From an uncultured Verrucomicrobiota bacterium (GTDB taxonomy: Bacteria > Verrucomicrobiota > Kiritimatiellia > Kiritimatiellales > Tichowtungiaceae), in assembly GCA_964542135.1 (NCBI GenBank), contig CAZITJ010000019.1:1-27072 (forward strand): a DNA stretch of 27,072 bases, read 5' to 3'. Shown here one piece after another: positions 17,129 through 25,000 of the stretch (position 1 is the first letter of the stretch; each line of letters begins with the position of its first letter). The notes beneath the pieces are model-generated. The model saw nothing but the letters and a program-made list of their open reading frames with translations. It did not search any database and was not told where the DNA came from. A program made the position numbers and the translations under genes.

Positions 17129-17265
17129 CGGAGCGTTTTAAAAAAAGTGTAGTCATTCTCACAGGCTCTTCGGAATACCGAAGAAGCCCGTCCTGCAAAC
17201 CAACTTGTAGGACAGCCTTCCGAAGGGAGGCTGTGCATGGCTACAGTTCAATTTAAAACGCTCCG
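17129..17265 (+). other. 137-nt element bounded by a perfect 14-bp inverted repeat (CGGAGCGTTTTAAA / TTTAAAACGCTCCG) enclosing three tandem hairpins. Candidate structured ncRNA or MITE-like relic.
   Basis: Hairpins: 17164-17188 (CTTCGG aata CCGAAG plus GGCT/AGCC); 17190-17213 (GTCCTGCAA accaac TTGTAGGAC); 17213-17233 (CAGCCTTCC gaa GGGAGGCTG). The two non-Watson-Crick pairs are G-U on the plus strand, which would be C-A mismatches on the minus strand. Confidence 0.4.
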
Positions 17266-17320
17266 TCAGGCAAACGTTCCGCGCTTCGGAAAAACGACTG
17301 TGAAAAGGTCCAGACGTTGG

Positions 17321-17373
17321 AAAAATGCGCGAACGGGCGGCCGGGTGGGGGCCCGGGCCGCCCGTTCACGCGG
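17321..17373 (-). terminator. Strong rho-independent terminator ending the nrdD-redoxin transcript
   Basis: The minus strand reads CCGCGT GAACGGGCGGCC CGGGCCCCCACCCG GGCCGCCCGTTC GCGCA TTTTT. The core is a 12-bp perfect GC-rich stem with inner and outer extensions, followed by a T5 run. It lies about 20 nt after the stop of the 131-aa gene. Confidence 0.7.
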
Positions 17374-17393
17374 AGCTGACGCTCCGGGAGGCA

Positions 17394-17789
17394 TCACGCA
17401 CGGGCCTCTTCGAGGACCGCGGTGATCATCTTGGGGGAGATGATTCCTTTACCGGTGTCGGTGTAATCGGTCTGCAGTCCGACGTACTGGTAGAGCTTTG
17501 ATTTTCCGCAGACTTCATCGGTCGGCTGCGGATTGCGGGTCGGTACGGGGTCGTAGCGGCCCGTTTCTTCGTGTTTGCGGGTGACAAGCATGGCCGGGAT
17601 GCGCTGCGGGTTGATGCATTCGGCCGAGGCGAAGGCGACGAGGCCGTCCACGCTTTCGACATCGCAGTATTCTTTTTCAAAGTCGGCCCAATCCTCGCCG
17701 GCGAGCAGTTTGTCGAGGCGCTGGCTGAGCGTTTTGCATTTGGCGCAGCCTTCTTTGCCGAAGACTTTGATTTTGTACGGTTTGTCCAT
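17394..17789 (-). CDS. Thioredoxin-fold CxxC redoxin (glutaredoxin/NrdH-like N-terminal half) with a roughly 50-aa C-terminal extension
   Basis: YKIKVFGKEGCAKCKTL (beta1 followed by CxxC), with RIPAMLV at the expected cis-Pro position. A GGAG RBS lies 8 nt upstream. It starts 17 nt after the nrdD stop. Confidence 0.7.
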   Translation of the reverse strand: MDKPYKIKVFGKEGCAKCKTLSQRLDKLLAGEDWADFEKEYCDVESVDGLVAFASAECINPQRIPAMLVTRKHEETGRYDPVPTRNPQPTDEVCGKSKLYQYVGLQTDYTDTGKGIISPKMITAVLEEARA

Positions 17790-17806
17790 GATGCGATCTC
17801 CTTCAG

Positions 17807-20524
17807 TTATTCCGCCGCGGTTGCAAGTTTCCGGCCGGCGCCTTCATCGGCGGTTTCAACGTTGTACTGCCCGTCGTGACGGGCCTTGAGTTCGCCGTAG
17901 CGTTTGGATTTGTTCCAGTTCTGAATCTTGGAAAAATACCCGACGACACGGGTTTCGCCGACGACGTCTTCGGATTCGCAGGACGGACAGCTTTCCAGCA
18001 GGCCGCGGGACTGGTGATGGCACTGGTTGCAGAACGTGAATTCCGGCGAAACGGTGACCTGTGCCGACTGGGTGCGGAAGAAGGTTTCGGTCATGAGCTT
18101 TTCAATGGATTCGGGCGAGGGCTGCTCTTCACCGATGAAGGCATGGGTGATGGCCCCGGATTCAATCAGGCTGTGATACTTGGCCTGTTCGACGATGCGT
18201 TCCACCAGGCCGACCGGTGCGTCGGCGGTCAGGTGCACGCTGTTGGTGTAGTAACAGACGTCCTCGCTGTCGCCTTTGACGACATCGGCGGCTTCGTCGC
18301 GGAAGTACACCAGATCGCTCTTGGCGAGACGGCGGGCGGCGCTTTCGGCGGGCGATTCCTCAAGCGTGAATTTAAGGTTGTGCTTTTTGGCCAGCTTTTT
18401 GGTGCGGGCATACATATAGGCCACAATCCGCAGGCCGAGCTGCCGGGCTTCATCACTTTCGTGCAGTTCCTGTCCGATCAGGAATTTAACGGCATCGTTG
18501 ACCCCGATGAGACCCAGAATGTAGGTGCAGGTGTCGAGGTCGACATAGGGCTTGCCGTCACAGGATTCCTTGCCGATCTGCCAGAGCGGATGGCCGTTGC
18601 CGCTCATCATGTCGGCGATTTTTTCTTTTTTCTGCAGATGGGCATCCACCGCGAGGTTCATCATCTCGTCAATTTCGGTGTAGAAGTTGGTCAGAATGTC
18701 GCCGCCGGAGCGCGCCGCCCGGTAGGCGCACTGCGGAATGTTGACGGTGACGTTCTGGAAGCCGCAGAAGCGCATGTTTTCGGGATGGCGCAGCATGCGG
18801 TTGTCGCTGATGGTGGTGCGCAGCCGGCAGCAGGCCGACAGGGTGACTTCATCGCGGTCGAAGATGAAGTAGGTGGAGCCGTTTTTAGCGGCCAGCCGGC
18901 AGGCGGCCTGATAGATTTCATACTGTTCCGGATCGGTGAAGGTTTCTTCGCAGATATGGAAGTCGCATTTCGGAAACTCAAAGATGCGGCCGTTGCTGTC
19001 GCCGTCGCCCCAGACTTCCAGCAGCGCCCGGCAGAATTCCTGCGCCTCTTTCGTGTAGTCTCCGTAGGTAACGATTTTTTCGCCGCGTTCCGCCAGTTCC
19101 GCCTCGATCTCCGGATCGGACTCAATGCCTTCTTTGCCGACGATTTCACGCAGAACGAGGCGCCTGCGACCGTCCTCTTCTTCCAGATACAGATCCATCA
19201 GCTTGTAGCCGCTGGGGTCGCGCTCCTCGCGCAGCACTTCTTCGAGGGCCACGTTCAGGCCGTTTTTGAGGCGCAGCATGTATTTGCCGCCCGGGCCGAT
19301 GGCCGGGACGCTTTTCATGTAGTTCGGCACGCCCGAATGGATATTGAAGTCGAGGAACAGGGTCTGCCCGCCGCGGCTGAAAGCGTTCTGTGAGCCGTTG
19401 AAGATCAGCTCCTGCGCAATCTGCTTGAGTTCGACGGCATTCATGCCTTCGAGCAGCGGCGCGTAGAGAATGTTGATGTAGGCGATGCCGAGCGCGCCGG
19501 CATAGTTGGCCTGCATGGAGGCCAGAAAAGTGTTGAGATGACCGGTCAGCACCGATGCGCTTTTCGCCGGGCTCGACTCGGTGTTGAGGTTGATCAGTCC
19601 CTGCAGACCGTATTTTTTGACGTATTCGATGGAGTGACTGGAGCAGTAGACGCGGTGGGGATATCCGAGGTCGTGCAGGTGAACGGCGCCGGTGTTGTGC
19701 GCCCGTTTGATTTCGGGATCAAAGATGGTGTCGAGCGCCCACTGTTTAAGAACCAGTTCGGCAATGCCCAGGTTGACCGCTTCCGGGTTGTTGTTGACGA
19801 TGTTGCTGTTCTCCGTGGATTTGGTGAACATCAGGTTTTCGACATAATCGCGCGGAACACCGTACAGGGAGAGATCGCGCAGCTGTGCCTGATGGCCCCG
19901 CTCCGCCAGTTCGTTGTTCACCATCTCACGGATGAGCGTGGTGTTGATGGTGTTCATTTTTCCGGCGATGATGCGGTTTTCAACCGATTTGGCGATGCTG
20001 ATGGCCGTATCGACCGCCAGCTCGGTCTTGTCCAGGATCTGCTTGACGATGCGCTTGCGGTCCCAGGGAAGCGTGACTTCGGCCGAATGAGATTCGACCA
20101 GCAGCAGGCTGGCGTCGGTGACGTCCACGCCTTTCGGATCGTTGCCGCGCACCCGGATGCTGCGCCGGGCGATTTCGCGCTGCTTGCGATAGCGCTTGTA
20201 CGAGGCCACGACCAGGGTTTCGCCGCTTTCGGAAAGCAGAATTTCCACCAGATCCTGCACGTCTTCAATGTGCGGGATGCGTTGGCCGCTTTCGTCTGCC
20301 CGAACATAAAACTCCGATTCGGGGGTATCCAGATGCTCCAGGACCTGCGCGGCGATTTTGGGCGCCAGACCTTCATTGCGCGGGACATTCTGTTTGCGGG
20401 CGACTTCTTCAACGGCCCGGTGAATGGCCATTTCGATTTTTTTTGAACTGAACGGGACGATCAGACCGGAGCGTTTCCGGAAACCGTCGAAAAGTGCCTT
20501 TTTTGGTCCAAGCGTCTTGGCCAT
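17807..20524 (-). CDS. nrdD: Anaerobic (class III) ribonucleoside-triphosphate reductase with N-terminal ATP-cone
   Basis: ATP-cone (GLIVPFSSKKIEMAIHRAVEEV). Finger-loop LSACCRLR. C-terminal Zn ribbon CNQCHH...CPSC followed by the glycyl-radical motif TRVVGYFS. ATG at 20524 has AGGGGG 8 nt upstream; the ORF-track start at 20590 adds 22 non-conserved residues. Confidence 0.95.
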   Translation of the reverse strand: MAKTLGPKKALFDGFRKRSGLIVPFSSKKIEMAIHRAVEEVARKQNVPRNEGLAPKIAAQVLEHLDTPESEFYVRADESGQRIPHIEDVQDLVEILLSESGETLVVASYKRYRKQREIARRSIRVRGNDPKGVDVTDASLLLVESHSAEVTLPWDRKRIVKQILDKTELAVDTAISIAKSVENRIIAGKMNTINTTLIREMVNNELAERGHQAQLRDLSLYGVPRDYVENLMFTKSTENSNIVNNNPEAVNLGIAELVLKQWALDTIFDPEIKRAHNTGAVHLHDLGYPHRVYCSSHSIEYVKKYGLQGLINLNTESSPAKSASVLTGHLNTFLASMQANYAGALGIAYINILYAPLLEGMNAVELKQIAQELIFNGSQNAFSRGGQTLFLDFNIHSGVPNYMKSVPAIGPGGKYMLRLKNGLNVALEEVLREERDPSGYKLMDLYLEEEDGRRRLVLREIVGKEGIESDPEIEAELAERGEKIVTYGDYTKEAQEFCRALLEVWGDGDSNGRIFEFPKCDFHICEETFTDPEQYEIYQAACRLAAKNGSTYFIFDRDEVTLSACCRLRTTISDNRMLRHPENMRFCGFQNVTVNIPQCAYRAARSGGDILTNFYTEIDEMMNLAVDAHLQKKEKIADMMSGNGHPLWQIGKESCDGKPYVDLDTCTYILGLIGVNDAVKFLIGQELHESDEARQLGLRIVAYMYARTKKLAKKHNLKFTLEESPAESAARRLAKSDLVYFRDEAADVVKGDSEDVCYYTNSVHLTADAPVGLVERIVEQAKYHSLIESGAITHAFIGEEQPSPESIEKLMTETFFRTQSAQVTVSPEFTFCNQCHHQSRGLLESCPSCESEDVVGETRVVGYFSKIQNWNKSKRYGELKARHDGQYNVETADEGAGRKLATAAE

Positions 20525-20597
20525 AACGAATTCCCCCTGTTGATAACTTGTTAATAAGGTGTTTTTCAGTGGATATTGCTGCTTGCGCAACGAGAGG

Positions 20598-20626
20598 AAA
20601 ACTATCCAAATAGAGTAGGCCTGTCA
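20598..20626 (-). promoter_or_regulatory. Candidate nrdD promoter: TTGACA (20621-20626), 17 nt spacer, TAGTTT (20598-20603)
   Basis: Hexamers and spacing were read directly. The predicted leader is about 70 nt. Confidence 0.35.
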
Positions 20627-20632
20627 AATAAA

Positions 20633-20648
20633 ACCACAACATATAGTG
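20633..20648. promoter_or_regulatory. NrdR-box-like palindrome CCACAACATATAGTGG
   Basis: It matches 13 of 16 positions of the published NrdR box consensus acaCwAtATaTwGtgt, including every strongly conserved position. It sits 7 bp upstream of the putative -35 of nrdD. Confidence 0.5.
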
Positions 20649-20781
20649 GTTTGTATGTAAATGCATGCATCGTAGGCAGTTCTGAAATCCGCGATTTTAA
20701 ACGATTAAATTTATGTTAATTTTTATGAAAAAAGATACGGCGCACGCACCCATCTTTATTGCCGTCTGCCCGTCACCGGAT

Positions 20782-20810
20782 TTGACACGCACCGGTTTGC
20801 CTGCTAAGTT
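20782..20810 (+). promoter_or_regulatory. Candidate promoter of the ispD-like gene: TTGACA (20782-20787), 17 nt spacer, TAAGTT (20805-20810)
   Basis: Read directly. An AGGAG RBS precedes the ATG at 20860. Confidence 0.35.
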
Positions 20811-20859
20811 CCTAGCTCATCGCGGGTTGCATTATTAGAATTCAGGCAGGAGAACGTGT

Positions 20860-21546
20860 ATGTCAGCATGGGCCGTTGTTTTAGCGTGCGGAAAAGATCA
20901 GGAGATCGGCGCAGGCGTGGATGTTTCATTTCTTGCGCTCGGCTCACGCCCGGTGCTGGCACGCAGCATTCAAATGCTTGAGCAGAATGAACTGATCGAC
21001 GGGATTGTTCTGGTTGTGCGCAAGGAGCGGATCGACAGTGCACGCGCTGCCGTTCGCTCCTTCGGGTGCCGAAAAATAGCCGATCTGGTGGCCGGCGGAT
21101 CCGTGCGGCGCACCAACCTGAAAAATGCCGCCGAAAAAATACCGGAGGATGCCTCCGTGATTTTAGTCCATGAAGCCGCCCGCCCGTTTGTTTCCGATCA
21201 TCTGATTACCGAGACCGTCAAGGCCGGACGCCGCTACGGTGCCGCCGTGGCCGCCGTGCGCAGTGCCGAAGCGGTCAAGCTGGCTGAAAAAGGACAGAAG
21301 GCATCCAAAACCCTGGATCGCAACACCGTCTGGCTGGCCCAGACCCCGCAGGCGTTCAAACCCGATGTGTTCACGAAAATTCTGAAGAGCTCAATCAAAC
21401 TGACGGACGACGAATCAGCTCTGCTCGAACGAACCCGGCAGGCAGTCCATCTGGTGGTCTCCTCGCCGGGCAATATGAAAATCCGCACGGCCGCGGATCT
21501 GGAACAGGCCTCCGCCATTCTCAGTGTCGCACGGAAAAACTCCTGA
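20860..21546 (+). CDS. ispD: IspD-like nucleotidyltransferase (2-C-methyl-D-erythritol 4-phosphate cytidylyltransferase family) with a divergent N-terminal nucleotide-binding loop
   Basis: ILVHEAARPF, LDRNTVWLAQTPQAF, TDDESALLE and GNMKIRTAADL align with the IspD core blocks. The N-terminal AAGxGxRM / PKQ[FY]L motifs are replaced (see findings). Confidence 0.7.
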   Translation: MSAWAVVLACGKDQEIGAGVDVSFLALGSRPVLARSIQMLEQNELIDGIVLVVRKERIDSARAAVRSFGCRKIADLVAGGSVRRTNLKNAAEKIPEDASVILVHEAARPFVSDHLITETVKAGRRYGAAVAAVRSAEAVKLAEKGQKASKTLDRNTVWLAQTPQAFKPDVFTKILKSSIKLTDDESALLERTRQAVHLVVSSPGNMKIRTAADLEQASAILSVARKNS

Positions 21547-21799
21547 ATTCGTCGGTTGCCGCTGACCGGCCGGTCTGCTCGGTTATGATGTATTTTCCGA
21601 GGGGCGACGAGCGCACAGCAGACAGCAGGCCCATCAGCTGATCCTCTTCGCCCTCGGCGATCAGGGTCACACTTCCGTCGAACTCGTTTTTAACGAAGCC
21701 GGTCACGTCAAAATCCTGCGCCAGATTCACGCATGTGAAACGAAACCCGACGCCCTGCACCCGGCCTTCGTAGCGAACATGGATGCGCTGTTTACTCAT
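21521..21799 (-). CDS. acyP: Acylphosphatase
   Basis: The signature VRYEGRVQGVGFRF plus GFVKNEFDGSVTLIAEGEE; 92 aa. ATG at 21799 was chosen over the upstream GTG at 21817. The 3' end overlaps the convergent ispD-like gene by 26 nt. Confidence 0.85.
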   Translation of the reverse strand: MSKQRIHVRYEGRVQGVGFRFTCVNLAQDFDVTGFVKNEFDGSVTLIAEGEEDQLMGLLSAVRSSPLGKYIITEQTGRSAATDEFRSFSVRH

Positions 21800-22023
21800 G
21801 AGAGAATACAAAACCACAGATTCATCGGAATCAACACGAATACGCGGTGAAAATCAACGGCGGCAAATCCAAACAGGGTTCCAATGGCTGGAACAATGCA
21901 TGGAGCGTGTTCGTCGAGCGCACATGAACGCGTCCGGCCTGCCCGCCGAAGCCTCGGCGCAGGCGGAAGGTCGTATTCCACCTTTCATTCGCGCTGAGCG
22001 GCGTTCATTTTCAGTCCGTGCGG

Positions 22024-25000
22024 TCAAAGATCGAAATAGCAGGACTGCGGGTGGTGGGTGATGAGCGCAATGGTGGAGACTTCCGGGTCGCACATGAACA
22101 GCTCGGTCACATTGAGGCCGATGCGGTCGGTGTCGAGCAGATCGCAGACGACCTTGTTGCCTTCCAGATCCGGACAGGCGGCGTAGCCGAAGCCGAAGCG
22201 GCCCTGATCGAGCTTGCGTTCCCACACTTCATGAAGTGTGAGAATCCCTTCATCCGATCCCCACTGTAAACGGATCTGCCGGTGCATCCATTCATTGAGC
22301 GCCTCGGCGGTCATGACGGCCAGCCCGTGGAAGAGCAGATAGTCGTGGTACCGGTCGGCATCGCGCAGCTCGTGCTCTTTGTCCATGACCTGCTGGCCGA
22401 GCGTTACGGCAGACAGTGCGCAAATGTCGCGATCCGGACGGAAAAAGTCGGCCAGACAGCGGTGCGGCGCTTTTTTCTGACGCGGAAACTCCATAGCAAT
22501 TTCTTTGCCGGTATTCGGGTCGTTTAGGAAAAACCGATCGCCCTCCGAGCGACACTCAAAAAAGCCGTAAATGACCCTGGGCTCAAACACCGCGCGCGCC
22601 AGCTCTTTGAGATCATCCAGTTTCGGGTAGACTTCTTCATCGAGCAGCTTTTGATACTCTTTGTCGGAGAGCTTGCCCTGTTTATAGCCCCAGGCGCCTT
22701 TGATCATTCCGGTCAGGTCGAGGTAGTTCCATATATCGTCTAACGATATATCTTCATTCACCCAGGTGGCGATCTCGACATCCGGAACGGGGACGTCTCT
22801 GGCGATGGGTTCGGCCTCCGTCTCTTCTTCGTTTCCGGAGTCCGGAACGTCGCATCCAACGCCGTCGCGGGTTGGGGCGACATACTCAGGCAGGTTGCCC
22901 GTTTCCTGCAACGTCTGCATGGCGGCCAGCCCGGCGAAGGCGTCCTTGCAGTAGAGCACGCCGCCGGAATAGTGCGGCCGGCAGGCCTGATCGACAAATT
23001 CGGCAGATAGGGCCGCGCCGCCGAGCAGGACGGGCGTTTTGAAGCCGCCATGTTCCAGGATTTTCATGTTTTCTGCCATGATCGCGGTGGATTTCACCAG
23101 CAGTCCGCTCATGCCCAGCGCGGCGGCGTTATGCTCCTTGACGGCCTCCATCATCTGTTCGACCGGCACCTTGATGCCGAGATCCACCGTGTCGAAGCCG
23201 TTGTTGGAGAGAATGATGCCGACCAGGTTTTTACCGATGTCGTGTACGTCGCCCGCAACCGTGGCGAGCACAACGAGCGGAACGGTTTCATCGGCTTCAG
23301 TGGTTTTCATATAGGGTTTGATCATGTCCACCGCACGCTTCATCACCTCCGCACTTTTCAGCACAAAGGGGAGCTGCATGATGCCGTCGTTGAAGAGTCG
23401 CCCAACCTCTTTCATTGCCGGAAGCATCATGTTGTTCAGAATATCTTCAGCGGCGTGTTCCTTAAGAAGTGGGGGCACTGCCCCCTCCAGCCACGGCACC
23501 TTGCCGCGGATGATGGCATCGGCGAGAACTTCATCAGCAGGACGTTCTTCCACCGCAACCTCTTCTTCGGTCGAGGCTTCTTCGAGCAGGTTGATGTAGT
23601 TTTCAAGCGGATCGCCGTTGCTCTGATCGTTGGCCAGCAGCGCTTCCGCGCCCGTGCGCAGATCGTCCGGAATCTGGTTGAGCGGAACGATGGCGGCTAC
23701 GTTGATGATGCACGCGTCCATTCCTGCCTCAATCGCCTGATGCAGGAAGACGGCGTTGAGCACCTTGCGCAGGGCGGGCTTGAGGCCGAATGAAATGTTG
23801 GAAAGTCCCAACATCGTGCGCACGCCCGGAATTTCCGCCTTGATGCGGCGGATGGCTTCCAATGTCTGGAAGGCGGCATCGCGCAGCGTGTCATCGCCCG
23901 AACAGATCGTAAACGTGAGCGGATCGATCAGCAGGTCTTCGGCGCGGAGTCCGCGTTCGATGCAGAACTCGGTCAGCCGTTTGGCGACCGCGAACTTATC
24001 CTCGGCATTCATCGCCATCCCTTTTTCGTCGATGGTCAACCCGACCAGTGCGGCGCCGTAGCGCCGGGCCATCGGGACGACGCGCTCGGCGCGCTCGCCG
24101 CCATCTTCAAAATTGATCGAGTTGATCATGGCGCGTCCGCCGTAGAGTTTGAGCGCATCTTCGATGACATCGGCCGAGGTGGAGTCGATCATCATCGGCG
24201 CGGTGCACTCGCGCGCCATGCGCGGAACGAGCACGGCAATATCTTTGCGCTCGTCGCGACCGGCATAGCCGCAGCTCAGGTCGAGAACGTGCGCGCCGGT
24301 CTCCTGCTGTTCGGTCAGAATGTGAAAGGCGTTTTCGTAGTCGTCGGCCAGCAGCGTGTCGCGGAATTTTTTCGAGCCGGTGGCATTGGCCCGTTCGCCG
24401 ATAAAGAGCGGCGCCGGCTCCTGCGTCAGTTCGACCGGAGAAAATAAGCTGGCAACCTGTTCTACTTTGTTGAAGGTTCCTTCGTGTTCTTTGCGGCCTT
24501 CTGTTTGGATTTTTTGCCTCAATTGCCGGATATGTCCCGGCGTGGTTCCGCAGCAGCCGCCGATGATCGAGAGATTATGCGTTTTTGCCAGCGCGGTGAC
24601 TTTGGCTGAAAACTCCTCCGGTTTGAGCGGATAGTTGACGCTGCCGTCGGGCCGCGCTTCCGGCATTCCGGCGTTGGGCATACAGGCCAGCTTGGCGGGC
24701 CACAGTTCACCGAAGGTGTCGAGGTGATGCTCCATCGCGTCGGGTCCGGTGGCGCAGTTGAGGCCGAGTACATCGATCGGATAGGGTGCCAGAATTGTCG
24801 CGGCGGCGGCCGGGCTGGTGCCGACGAGTAGGGTGCCGGTGGTTTCAACGGTGACGGAGACATAGCGGACGATCTCGCTGTCCGGACCGAGAATGTCGTC
24901 TGCCGCCGCCAGTGCGGCCTTGATCTGCAGCGGGTCCTGGCAGGTTTCGATGATCAGTCCGTCGACTCCGCCGTCGAGCAGTCCCTGAATCTGGATTTTG

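Noticed and set aside
17876-20446. 505-aa and 302-aa plus-strand ORFs opposite nrdD
   Set aside because: Same shadow-ORF phenomenon. There are no motifs or RBS, and they are embedded entirely in the antisense of a confidently identified gene.
20601-20616. Possible second NrdR box at the canonical 31-32 bp spacing from the first
   Set aside because: Only the left half (ACTCTAT) resembles the consensus and the right half does not. It is kept as a note inside the NrdR finding, not called as a site.
20725-20817. 30-codon plus-strand ORF (MKKDTAHAPIFIAVCPSPDLTRTGLPAKFL) upstream of the ispD-like gene
   Set aside because: It has no RBS and no codon bias, and it overlaps the predicted ispD promoter hexamers.
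21885-21900. Sigma-54-like -24/-12 element TGGCTGGAACAATGCA on the plus strand
   Set aside because: GG-N10-GC spacing is correct, but the flanking consensus is weak. The only thing downstream on the plus strand is the antisense of the metH 3' end, and the sequence overlaps the palindrome already noted.
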